NCBI GenBank assembly: GCA_964016885.1 | Contig: OZ024758.1 | Span: 5,704,001 to 5,768,000, forward strand | Direction of reading: 5' to 3' | Origin: Eledone cirrhosa | Taxonomy: Eukaryota | Length of the DNA: 64,000 bases | Part shown: positions 51,932 through 64,000 of the stretch, one piece after another | Position numbering within the stretch: the first letter of the stretch is position 1 | How the letters are laid out: every line of letters starts with the position of its first letter | The notes under the pieces: model-generated | What the model was told of the DNA's origin: nothing | The model's input: the letters and a program-made list of their open reading frames with translations, nothing else | Databases searched by the model: none | Position numbers and translations under genes: made by a program

Positions 51932-52318
51932 TCATGACGTAGTATAAAGTATATTGCTGACCTTGTTAGATAAAAAAAGATTATGGCGAAAGAAAAAGAA
52001 GAGCAAAGAGATTTTCAAAAAGCTATGTATGTCAAGATGGTTGTAAAGACTTGTTAGAAAGATATAGTCTTAGGAAGGAAGAGAAGAATGAAGTTAGAAA
52101 GAATCGAGAAGTGCCGGTGAGATATGGTGACATTATGTAAAGTGGGAAAACTGGGAGAGAGAGTCAAGGAGAAAATTAAAGTTAGTGGTGAATGTTCAAT
52201 GTCTGATTGAGATCGAGCTAGTACAATGTATACCTAACTATATTTATGTATCTAACCATTCATACAGCTCAATATCTCTCTCTGCAATTACATTAAAAAA
52301 AAAAAAAAAATTAAATAA

Positions 52319-52404
<86 letters not shown>

Positions 52405-53746
52405 TAGCAGACGTATGTTACGCTTGTCCTTTAGGAACGAACAAGAACAGCTCATAGTTGAAAATTCTTTATATTACACACACCAGCGCTCGCACCATCG
52501 TTACCACCAAAACGTGTCAAAAATATGATAATAACAATATATTTAATGATTTTACACTTGTTAATGTGTAAAAGCTTGACACAAGTGGAAACCTTCCACA
52601 CACGAAGTTCAAATTATAGCGTTCCTAGGAAGAGCCTATATTCTGCCTATATCCTGCGGAAAAAAAAATCACCAGGAAAAAATTGTCTCGAAAGTCACTT
52701 GTAACATAAACGCTACACTTCTTAAAGTTAGAGAATGGTTTCGAGGGTGTAGAATAGACGGGGGTGTAAAATGGACGGGTGTCGGTAGAAAAGTTCATAG
52801 GCTGACCAAGATACTCTCATGGAATGACCAAAATGAGGTTTATCTTTCAACATAGTCCCTGGAAAGAAACAATGCAGTTATTAATAAGAGGTGTTGAAAC
52901 TAATGTATGTAAGATTTCACAACTCTAGCTTCACTCCTTCACAACAGTCAGTCTATGAACTTTTCAGCCGATCATTGTATGTAGATTTCACAGCTCTAGC
53001 GTCACTCCTTCAGTCAGTCTATGAACTTTTCAGCCGATCCTCGTATGCAGATTTCACAGCTCTAGCGTCACTCCTTCACAGTCAGCCGATTCTCGAATGT
53101 AGATTTCACAGCTCTAACGTCAATCCTTCACAGTCATATCCTCGTATATAGATTTCACAGCTCTAGCGTCAGTCAGTCCTTCATAGTCATATCCTCGTAT
53201 ATAGATTTCACAGCTCTAGCGTCAGTCACTCCTTCACAGTCAGATCCTCGTATATAACCTAGACAAAGCGATAACATCGGACATTACAAGGAGAATGTGA
53301 AGGCTCTATTCTAAAAGTACTTATGTCACACGAAACCCTGCATGTGATTTTGGCACTTACAGCAGTACGGTCTTCAATTACAAATCTATGGCTGTTTATT
53401 ATTGAGGTTCAGGAACCGACTTTGACATATTCTTCACATGCAAAGAATGTTATTTTGACACTTATATCTTCATTCTTTTGTGAAACTTCAGATGCATTAT
53501 TTAAATAATTTTCAAATTTGCAAAACATAATATGCCTAAATGTTGCTGTTTCCTTTCTTACTAGAATGTTAATGAGTGTATCACTGTAGTCACTTTACAG
53601 AATATTTTACTGTGTTGTATTTGTAACTTATTCAGCAAGACGTTTTAGATCCCCTAGATATATCTTTAAGCTTAGCGTAAGTATGTCTTGGAAAATGGAA
53701 TCACTTATTCCACAATTTGATATAGGCGCATATGTGTTTGTAAATA

Positions 53747-53927
53747 TTGGTTTCTTATATAGGCACAAGGCCAGCAATTTTTTTTTTGTGTGTGTGTGTG
53801 GGGGGGGGGGGGGTCGATAAAATTGACCCCAGTGCGGGACTGGTACTTTATTAACTCAGATCATAAAGAGCCGTAACTCTATGCTGCAAAGCCGTCCAAC
53901 CCTCTATCGTTACTGCCAATCCACCAC
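53747..53927 (-). mobile_element. SINE S1 (internally deleted)
   Basis: Head and tail homology. Further fragments at about 54390-54490 (+), 54558-54643 (-) and 59265-59332 (+). Confidence 0.7.
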
Positions 53928-54348
53928 CCTTGTTTTTGTAAATATTAATGACAATATCTGAGAACGCATATGTATGTCTCTTTTTATGTCTTTTTTATAT
54001 AATATATATATTCTCAAACACACACAGGATATCTAACACAGGATATCTAACCAAATTCCAGTCTGCTTCTACATAGTTGTAATGGATTCTTGGAAAATAT
54101 TCACATTATCTGCAACCTAAGAATTTTGTTCAGAAGAAAAAAACCATATTTCACATATTCGTAACTTATGACAAACCTACCTTCGGATGTTATAACAAAC
54201 CCTGTCTTTGCAGAATACCTCATAAAGACAAAAACTACGAGACAATAAATAACTTTTATAACATATATATATATATATATTTTAAGACTTTCAAGGAAAT
54301 ATATCACACAGAGATATTTTTCTTCCTTCTCATCCATATTGTAAATAT

Positions 54349-54379
<31 letters not shown>

Positions 54380-54697
54380 CGGCCGTTTGTCCCGCCGAGG
54401 TTAACTTTCCTTTCATCCTTACGGGGTCGATAAAATAAAGTACCAGTAATGTACTGGATATTTGCTGGCCTTGTGTCAAAAGTAGAAACAGTTATTTTAT
54501 ATGTAATTTTTAAAACCTCTTTGACTAACGAAGGGAAACAACTCACCTTTACAATATTGGTTTCTGATTTAGGCACAAGGCCAGTAATTTTTATCGATTA
54601 CCCCGTAAGGATGAAAGACAAAGTTAACCTCGGTGGGATTTGAATCACAATTGGAGGGTAGTACATGACCAGCGGCAAATTCCGATGATCGCATAAG

Positions 54698-54746
54698 CAT
54701 CTGATGAAGTCACATGCATAACCGTGTAACAGAAATATATATCATG
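54698..54746 (+). ncRNA. Minimal hammerhead motif (H5)
   Basis: CAT-CTGATGA-a gtcacatg..cgtgtaac a-GAAA-TATATA-TC-ATG, then AATAAA, then (TA)n about 35 nt later. Confidence 0.55.
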
Positions 54747-54783
54747 AAATAAAGCAATTATTGGTGAAATAGTCTTAACTAGT

Positions 54784-54844
<61 letters not shown>

Positions 54845-55046
54845 AAATAATGTATATAAGCTTAATTCTCGTACTTTTAAGCACTGAGATATGGGGTTCA
54901 ATTCTTCAGACCGGCCGATGGCAACACCTTTGTCCGTCTTTTGGAGGTCTTACCCAATTTTATAAGCTATTTTATAGCATCTGTGCGCTAGAGCACATCG
55001 CTATTCACACACACACACATATATATCTCTGCCTGTCTGTCTGTCC

Positions 55047-55112
<66 letters not shown>

Positions 55113-55454
55113 GAAGCGATAAGGATAGTTCATTTGTTGTAACAATAGTTTAGATACCACTCCATCTAAAAAATGTTAAGTTGTTTCTGACGATTTTCTC
55201 CTTATTTTTCGTAGGTCAGACTCCAAATAGTTCTTTTTTTATCTTTTATAACCATGAATATAAGCTTCTATAGACAGAGAGAATAGAGATAGGAAGACAA
55301 CCATTTAAACAGATTATATCTGGTATGCTGTACCCTCAGACTAGCTAATACACACACACACGTACACACATATATCTATATAACAATAATAAGGATATTA
55401 TTATTTTCAGTCATTGGACTGGAGCCATATATAGAGATCTACATTCTCTCTCAT

Positions 55455-55498
<44 letters not shown>

Positions 55499-55551
55499 TA
55501 TACACACATATATATAATATACACACACACACATATATATATATAATACAG

Positions 55552-55591
<40 letters not shown>

Positions 55592-56461
55592 GTGTGTGTG
55601 TGAAGGCGCATGGCTTAGTGGTTAGAGCCTTAGGCTTGCAATCGAAAGGTTGTGAGTTCAATTCTCGGACCGGGTGATGTGTTGTTTCCTTGAGCAAGAC
55701 ACTTTATTTCACGTTGCTCCAGTTTACTCAGCTGAAAATGAGTACCAGCAATAGCTGGAGGTTTAACCCTGCGATGGACTGGCTTTCGAAACGGCCAGAG
55801 CTCAGCCCTAAGTATTGAGTACTCTGTTGTGTTATGGTCCACCTGGTTCCTTACCACACTTCCTTTGTTATCTATCTATATATATAGACATGCTCGCATA
55901 TAGACGAAAGGAATAAGGTATTGTACACACATGACAACCCATCATACATGAAATTAAACTCAGAACATGTGCACAGACCCGTCAAATCTTCCCGACGGAC
56001 GGGGAGATCTCCCACTCACTTTGGGGTGGGTGAGAGATGTTTCCTCTAGTCGAAATGAGTATAGCTTTCATTATGTAAAATCTCTCCATCTTTGCCTCAT
56101 TTCTCTCCGTTTTGGGGCACTTTCTTTTCATGGTACTCCCCGTTTGGGTTTCTAGAGGTTGGCAGGTCTGCATGTATCTATAATTCCGCAGGGGCACCGA
56201 ATTGATATACGGCGTTTCTAGGGCATTTTAAAACCCGGTGGAGCCCATCTCCTCTCCATGTCTGAATACAGCAGATTTCTTCCAGAGAATAATAGAGAGA
56301 GAGAGAGAGAGAGAGAGTGAGAGAATGGAAGTGAGTACGAGATATAGAGTACGAATCAACCACAGTACTAGACTGGTATTTTTTCATCGACCTCGAATGG
56401 ATGAAAGGTAAAATTGACCTCGGTGGGATTTGAACTGAGAGAGCTGAAAACAGCAGAAACG

Positions 56462-56507
<46 letters not shown>

Positions 56508-56547
56508 TTCATTACCACTTTCCTTATATATATATTTAATATAGAAG

Positions 56548-56598
56548 GGCTTCTACAGGACTAGAACTGTTTCATTCCGGAGAAATCATCAGGGATTC
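56548..56598 (-). ncRNA. Hammerhead motif (H2) with impaired stem I, in a palindromic element (about 56530-56712)
   Basis: Minus strand reads CTGATGA-tttctccggaat-GAAA-CAG(ttctagtc)CTG-TA-GAAGCC. The 5' strand of stem I is disrupted by the palindrome centre. Confidence 0.55.
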
Positions 56599-56720
56599 CT
56601 GATGATTTCTTCCGGAAAGTCCTGTAGAAGCCTTTCTATATTAAATATATATATTCTTCTTTGTATTGAGTACCTTACTGTGGTTACCCCCCGATTAAAC
56701 CCGGAATAAACATATATATA

Positions 56721-56904
56721 TAGGAAAAAGTATGACCTCGACGGCAGAGCTCAAGCCATTTCGACGGCTATTTCTGGACGTCGAAACGGCTTGAGCTCTG
56801 CCGTCGGGGTCATACTTTTTCCTATTTCCTACTCTACTACCCTAAGCATTGAGTACTCTGGTGCGTTATGGTCCATCTGGTTCCTTACCACAATTCCTTT
56901 GTTA
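56721..56904. mobile_element. H4 palindromic element
   Basis: Same structure; directly adjacent to an H2 element across a short TA run. Confidence 0.75.
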
Positions 56905-58040
56905 TATATATATATACTTCGTTACCACTTTCCTTATCCACCATTTATCTCCTCTCTATCAGGGTCTTTATTTTCTATTTTACGTGTAAGCTCCCTAGTT
57001 TCACCTATTTCACTCCTCCCCCTTGTCCTCTCCACTCTAAACCCCTCTCTCTGTCTCTCACTGTTGGTCTCTTCTATACTCTCCAATTACAGATCTTGTC
57101 TCCTTCTTCTTACACATACATTCATACATGCCTCAACCTTTTCTATCCCTCCTTCACTATCTCTCTCTCTCTCCCTGTCTGTCGTGCTCTCCCTCACTAT
57201 CTCTCCCACTCTATAACACTCTTTCTGTCTCTCCTCACTCTCTCTCCCTCACTATCTCTCCCACTCTATAACACTCTTTCTGTCTCTCTCCTCCCTCTCT
57301 CTCCCACTCTATAACATTCTCTTTCTGTCTCTCTTCTCACTCTCTCTCCTTGTCCGTCTCTCTCCCGTACTTTTTCTATCTCTCTCCTTACTCTACCTCT
57401 CTCCCTTACTTTTTCTGTCTCTATCCCTCTCACTTTTCTTCACTCTCCCTCTCTGTCTTTCTCCTTCACTCTCTCTCTCTCCAACACTATAATCACTCAT
57501 TTTCTGTGTGTGTCTCTCTCTCTCACTTCCTCTCCCACACACTCTCTCTCCCAAACTCTTTCTCTCTCTCCCAAACTCTCTTTCTCTCTCTCAAACTCTC
57601 ACCTCCTCTCCCAAACTCTCTTTCTCTCTCCCAAACTCTCACCTCCTCTCCCCCCCCCTCTCTTCTAAACTCTCTCTCTCTCTCTCTCCTTAATTCAAAT
57701 CAAGTTTTTTTTCTATAATAGGTAATAAATATAGTATTTATTACTTTGATTACTCTGACCGTCCTGACGACACAAACATATATATATATATATAGGAGAA
57801 AGTATGACCCCGACGGCAGAGCTCAAGCCGTTTCGACGGCTATTTCTGGACTAAGTATTGAGTACTCAATATTTATATATATATATAGAGAGAGAGAGAG
57901 ACAGAGAGAGATATAGATAGATAGAGATATATGTGTGGGAGGGGGTCTGTGTGTGCATGTGTGTGTATATATATGTGCGTGTATGTGGCCATATGTGCGT
58001 GTATGTGTGTGTGCATGTGTTGTGTGCATATGTGCGTGTG

Positions 58041-58078
<38 letters not shown>

Positions 58079-58889
58079 AATGTGTGCATATGTCCGTGTT
58101 TGTGTGTGTGTATGTGTGTGTATGTGTGCGTGTGTATGTGTGCATATATATATGTGCATTTGCATGAATGTGCGTGTGCGTGTGCGTGTGTGTGTATGTG
58201 TGTGTGCGCGCGTGTGTGCGTAGACAGAACAATACAAATAATAAATACCTCACTCTCTCTTCAACAACACAAATAAAATAAATATTTCAGACAAACAAAA
58301 TAAATCAACCAACAAACAAGCAAACAAGATCACCCACCCCACCCCACCCTACACCCCACCCCACCCCACCCCACCCCACCCCAGTCACCTCTTTCGGCCT
58401 CAAAAAAAAAAAAAAAAAAAGCCTATTGATCTGAATCACTTCATTTTTAATTAAACGCCTGCTACCTGATGTCGCTAGTGTTAGCAACTGTCTTGAGCCA
58501 TTAAAAAGAATATATAATAATGAATAATGGGATAAGAAGAGGCAAACAATAGGAGACTATAGTGAAATAAAGTTGGTCTCACAAGTCTTGAGGAGATATC
58601 CACGAGATCTCCTCCCTCTTATCACAAACATTCCCCCTTTTCCCGCCGCACCTCAAATTCTTAATCATCTTATCTGTCACAACGAGTTTCACTTAAAATT
58701 AATAAGCTTCCCTCTCTCTCGCTCTCTCTTTCTCGCTTTCTCTATCGCGCTTTTTGCTCTCCTCATATCTATCTATCTATCTATCTATCTATCTAGCTGT
58801 CTGTTTATCTATATATCGCCACCCGCTTTCTCTTTCTCATTAATTTTTCTTTCTGTGACTGTGACATGACATACGAAGACATTTGTGTG

Positions 58890-58939
<50 letters not shown>

Positions 58940-58949
58940 CACATGTGTG

Positions 58950-58990
<41 letters not shown>

Positions 58991-59353
58991 TTTTGCTGGT
59001 TTCAGTTGTAATACTGCTGACACCAAGAATTATATGATAAATGCGAGGTGAATTGTGGTTAAAAGTCATTTCTACATGTAAGACATATGTATGAGTGTCT
59101 TTATGTAAACCATTTGATTATGTTCCATAGTTTAGTGGTTCGACAAATAAAGATCGATAAAATAAGTACTAGACTTGAAATGACTAAGTACTGTTATCGA
59201 TATGAACGACTAAATCCCTTGAACTGCAGCCCCTGCACAGTTGGCGTCTAATGGGTGAAAGCAGTCGATAAAATAAAGTACCAGTAATGCACTGGGTAAT
59301 TGCTGGCCTTGTGTCAAAAAGTAGAAACAATTATGTATATATATATATATATA

Positions 59354-59445
59354 AGTCAGTCTGATGAGCTTTTGATTCCAGAGTCAGGCCGGATCGATAC
59401 AGATCGAACCTTGAGCTGATCAATCGCGAAACGTGCGTCACAACT
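59354..59445 (+). ncRNA. Hammerhead motif with long stem II insertion (H6)
   Basis: agtcaGT-CTGATGA-GC..(about 55 nt)..GC-GAAAC-GTGC-GTC-ACaact-c-AATAAA. The element is flanked by (TA)n. Confidence 0.6.
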
Positions 59446-59618
59446 CAATAAAGAGTTAAGGGTGAAAGCAGCGATTCTTTGCTTAAACTTTAATCTGTTC
59501 TTATAATAAATATTTGCTCTACGGGTTTATATATATATATAATTAAATAGCTCTGTTCTATACATAGAGCACTCTGTTTTCCTTTGGAATTACATAACGC
59601 ACACGCACACACACACAC

Positions 59619-59675
<57 letters not shown>

Positions 59676-59735
59676 ATCCTTATCGAGCCCTTTTCAGATT
59701 TTAGTCGTCTCATTTTTAATTACTATATATATATA

Positions 59736-59946
59736 AGGTGGTAAGGAACCAGATGGACCATAACGCACCAAAGTACTCAATACTTAGGGTAGTAGAGTGG
59801 GTAATAGGAACGAGTAGGACCCCGACGGTTGAGCTAAAGCCGTTTCAACGGCTAATTCTGGACTAAAGTCTGGACTAATTCTGGACGGCTGGGCTCAAGC
59901 CGTCGAAACGGCTTGAGCTCAGCCGTCGGGGTCCTACTCGTTCCTA
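59736..59946. mobile_element. H4 palindromic element
   Basis: Same structure with a rearranged centre. Confidence 0.75.
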
Positions 59947-60909
59947 TATATATATATAAACAAACGACTTTTAAATACGTTTAATGCGTCATGAGTTTTG
60001 AATATTAATTGAACACGGTTTTGATTATGAAAAATAGTCAAAGTTGAGCATGTAAGCCCCAGGAGATATAAAACAGTGGACATATGTTTTATGTTTCATG
60101 TAAATGTATCCTTCTTCCCTTCTATACAATTGTAATATAGTTCTTAAATGTTTTTACGTCTAATTCGTTTGTCATCTTATCGACTTTCCACTTAAATCAT
60201 AAGAGATTATGTAAATATAATCAGTCTGTATGTATGTAATTTGATGGTGTAATTTTATTTAATTTTGCTAGTCGTTTATGTCAGGGCATTCACTGATATA
60301 CGAGAGTCTTTATTTACATGCAACATTAGTACACAAAATAAACTCCAGGATTCTGTCTGTTCTGATACTGAAAAATATCCATGGGAAGGGCTGGTGACCG
60401 CCAATTACCGCACTGGGTGACATTAGTTCTATTAACCTCACTGGCGTCATGGCTATATTACAATTGAATATGTGTAAACAAACAAATTGCAATAAATGGA
60501 GAAGAAAGACATACATTGACTAGTTAAATAGTCATTCGCTGGTTTTAAGACTTACTTCTTCAGTAAGCCTATTCAGTTTACAGACGCTTAAACAAGGGTG
60601 TTTATGATTTCTAACATAGACGATCTCTCCTTGTTGTGTATACAGACGGTAGATGTTTACATATATTGCCTGCGTGGGCAACTCTCTCGCCTTCCTTGCG
60701 ACATCTTTAATTATTCCACTTCGTAGATCAGCTAGTTAACCAGACTTCTTAGCTGAGCTACGCCTGATTTCTAAGACAGGTATTGGTGCGTGTGAAATAT
60801 TCAAGTGCCCAGAGTAAGGAGAATGTAGAAAGAAAAAGAAAACAATAGAATTAGGGGAAAGTATTGAATTTTAGCGTCGGCAAATGACAGTTAATACAAT
60901 CCGTAAAAT

Positions 60910-61100
60910 AATTGTTTCTACTTTTGGCACAAGGCCAGCAATTACCCCCAGTGTATTACTGGTACCTTATTTTATTGACCCCGTAAGGATGAAAGGCAAA
61001 ATGAACCTCGGCGAGATTTGAACTGAGAACTTAAAGGACCGTAACTCTATGCTGCAAAGCAGGGCGTCCGACCCTCTACTGATACTGCCAATCCACCGCC
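60910..61100 (-). mobile_element. SINE S1
   Basis: Complete copy. Confidence 0.85.
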
Positions 61101-61293
61101 TTACAATTCGTAAAATAATGTAAGTTCACATGCTGTGAAGGAAGATATGTCTTGATGTTTCAAATAGCTGTCGAAACGGCCGGAGCTCAGCCGTCGGGGT
61201 CCTGACTCTTTTCCTATTACCCACTCTACTACCCTAAGTATCGAGTACTCTGGTACATTATGGTCCACCTGGTGTCTTGCCATACCTTCTTTG

Positions 61294-61363
<70 letters not shown>

Positions 61364-61979
61364 ATGGGCGGGGGGTCTGTATCTGCGTACATCGACAACT
61401 ATACTGTCCAATACATTCTTCCTTTATAAAACAGCACGGTGTGATTTGAGGGAATGATTGCTACTATGTTTAGAAAGTCGAAAGACCTCGCTGATGTTCC
61501 CTCGCTGGTTCACAATGCATCAGATTTTCAATCAAAGGAAAACACAGTTTCGTAAGCCCCCTTCTTTAATTGTGGGGGTATTCATGGCGTACTTCAGGCA
61601 TTTAATGATATAAACGTACCGAAATGAATTCAAATAAAAATACGAAATGAGTCTTGAAAGTAGCTCACCAGTTACTCGAAACTTTTTATCGTTAAGCAAA
61701 GGAGAAAACATCCGATAAGCTTAATTGGCTCAATTAAACTTTTGTCGGGGGTTGATTAATCCTACCCTACCCTACGTCTTCTAATAAGATAGCATGCAAG
61801 ATATGTGAACATGATACTAGTGAAATAACAACCAAGTAATAGAAGATATAACATGTAACAAGCGAGATATAAGTCATCAACCAAAAATGGACCCTTTAAG
61901 TGGCTGTTAGAATTGTTATATCACCAGCTAAATTTTCCTCAGAATACGCACACACAGCCATCTTTAAAAATGGAATGAC

Positions 61980-62032
<53 letters not shown>

Positions 62033-62113
62033 AGGTAATATCCGTAGTGGTAGAGCACTCAGTCCATGGGACGAGTTAGGTAGAAGTGGTTACACAACAG
62101 TTAGTTCACCATA

Positions 62114-62153
62114 CCGAAAACAATTGTTTCACCTTAGCGGATCCTCAGCTCGG
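62114..62153 (-). ncRNA. Hammerhead motif (H3) in a palindromic element (about 62028-62212)
   Basis: Minus strand reads CCGAG-CTGAGGA-tccgctaaggt-GAAA-CAATTG-TT-TTCGG, with a G-U pair in stem I. Confidence 0.65.
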
Positions 62154-62207
62154 AGCTAAGGTGAAACAATTGTTCTAGGTATGGTGAACTAACTGTTGTG
62201 TAAACAC

Positions 62208-62267
<60 letters not shown>

Positions 62268-62362
62268 TTGCAATCAGGATGAAGCAATAAATCTCCTATG
62301 TAACATCTCCACTTTGTTCTTATTGTATGGTCCACCTGGTTTTTACCACACCCTATCTGATA

Positions 62363-62727
<365 letters not shown>

Positions 62728-62832
62728 AAGAGGAGAGAGAAAGAGAGAGAGAAAGAGAGAAAGAGAGAAAGAGAGAAAGAGAGAAAGAGAGAGAGAATGA
62801 TTAACCATTGCTATTATACATTTTATTAAGGG

Positions 62833-63015
62833 AGGTGAATTGGCAGTATCGGTAGAGGGTCAGACGCCATGCTTTCCCGCATAGTTACGTCCCTTTACGG
62901 ACTGAGTTCAAATCCCGTCGAGGTTAGCTTTGCCTTTCATCCTTACGGGGTCGATAAAATAAAGTACCAGTAATGTACTGGTATTTGCTGGCCTTGTGCC
63001 TAAAGTAGAAACAGT
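62833..63015 (+). mobile_element. SINE S1
   Basis: Complete copy. Confidence 0.85.
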
Positions 63016-63236
63016 TATACATTTTATTTTCCTTCTCTAGACAAACTTCAATTAATTAAGAGTTCGTATTTTGATTCTAACTAAAGGTGGGTGGGTGGGT
63101 GGTATTGAGGGGCCGTATGTGTTTATGGTGACTACCTTGGTGTCTGTGTGTGTGTGTGTTCGTGTGTGTGTGTTCGTGTGTGTGTCTGTGTATGTCTGTG
63201 TGTGTGCGTTTGTGTGTGTGTATCTGTGTATGTGTG

Positions 63237-63274
<38 letters not shown>

Positions 63275-63287
63275 TATATATATATGT

Positions 63288-63350
<63 letters not shown>

Positions 63351-63616
63351 GGGTTGTATCAGGGGTGGCCGAGGATGGGGAACAGAATCACAAACAGTCG
63401 GTATGATTACAAGTCCATGCAAACATTTTCATTACTTTGTAGTAAATATCTCAGCATACCGGTCTCTCCATACTCACAATCACACACACATGCATTAACA
63501 CACACACACACACACACACACAGACACACACACACTCATACATGTATATATATATATATTCACACACACATATCTCTCTCTATATATATACACACTCACA
63601 AACACACTCAAACAGG

Positions 63617-63647
<31 letters not shown>

Positions 63648-64000
63648 GTCTGTACACACAGACGAACACACACACACATACACATACATTCATACACACT
63701 CATACATGTATATATATATATATATATATTCACACACACACTCACTCATACATATATATACACACAAACACACACACACATATATATATACACACACAAA
63801 CACACGCACATGTATGTATACACACACGCACAGAAACAGACATATATACACAGACAAACAAACAGACATATATACACATAGACACACACACACACATATA
63901 TATATATATACATACATACACAATAACACACACATATATATATACATATCCACTCACATACATATACAGACACTGCCACAGAATCTTACTCTGTCACCAC

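Noticed and set aside
53361-53430. Minus-strand gtaagt donors at about 53360 and 60555 as possible upstream exons
   Set aside because: No open Met-initiated frame reaching the donor in phase 0 was found; could at most be UTR exons.
54181-54223. Candidate first coding exon on the minus strand (MRYSAKTGFVITSE G|gtaggt)
   Set aside because: Ends in phase 1, incompatible with the phase-0 start of the 41927 exon; not signal-peptide-like; no other support.

Overview
AT-rich, microsatellite-saturated animal genomic DNA. The repeat landscape looks like octopus or another coleoid mollusc (inference). Most of the window appears to be intronic sequence of a minus-strand ADAMTS-type metalloprotease gene, of which two exons can be read: a 76-nt signal-peptide-like exon (41852-41927) and a 362-nt prodomain exon (17900-18261), which join in frame. 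The dominant structure is a pair of full-length, intact, nearly identical Tx1/L1-clade non-LTR retrotransposons (35254-41034 minus; 44975-50803 plus). They lie head-to-head, each embedded in (ATT)n, and bracket the signal-peptide exon. The rest is tRNA-derived SINEs (one family shares its 3' end and ATT tail with the Tx1), RTE and other LINE scraps, Tc1/mariner-type MITEs, a 50-bp tandem array, and many short (TA)n-embedded, often palindromic Penelope-like termini. Several of those termini carry minimal type I hammerhead ribozyme motifs from at least six sequence families. Almost all ORFs in the supplied track other than the Tx1 ORFs, the ADAMTS exon and two RTE scraps are microsatellite or antisense artefacts. 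Coordinates of degenerate repeats are approximate.
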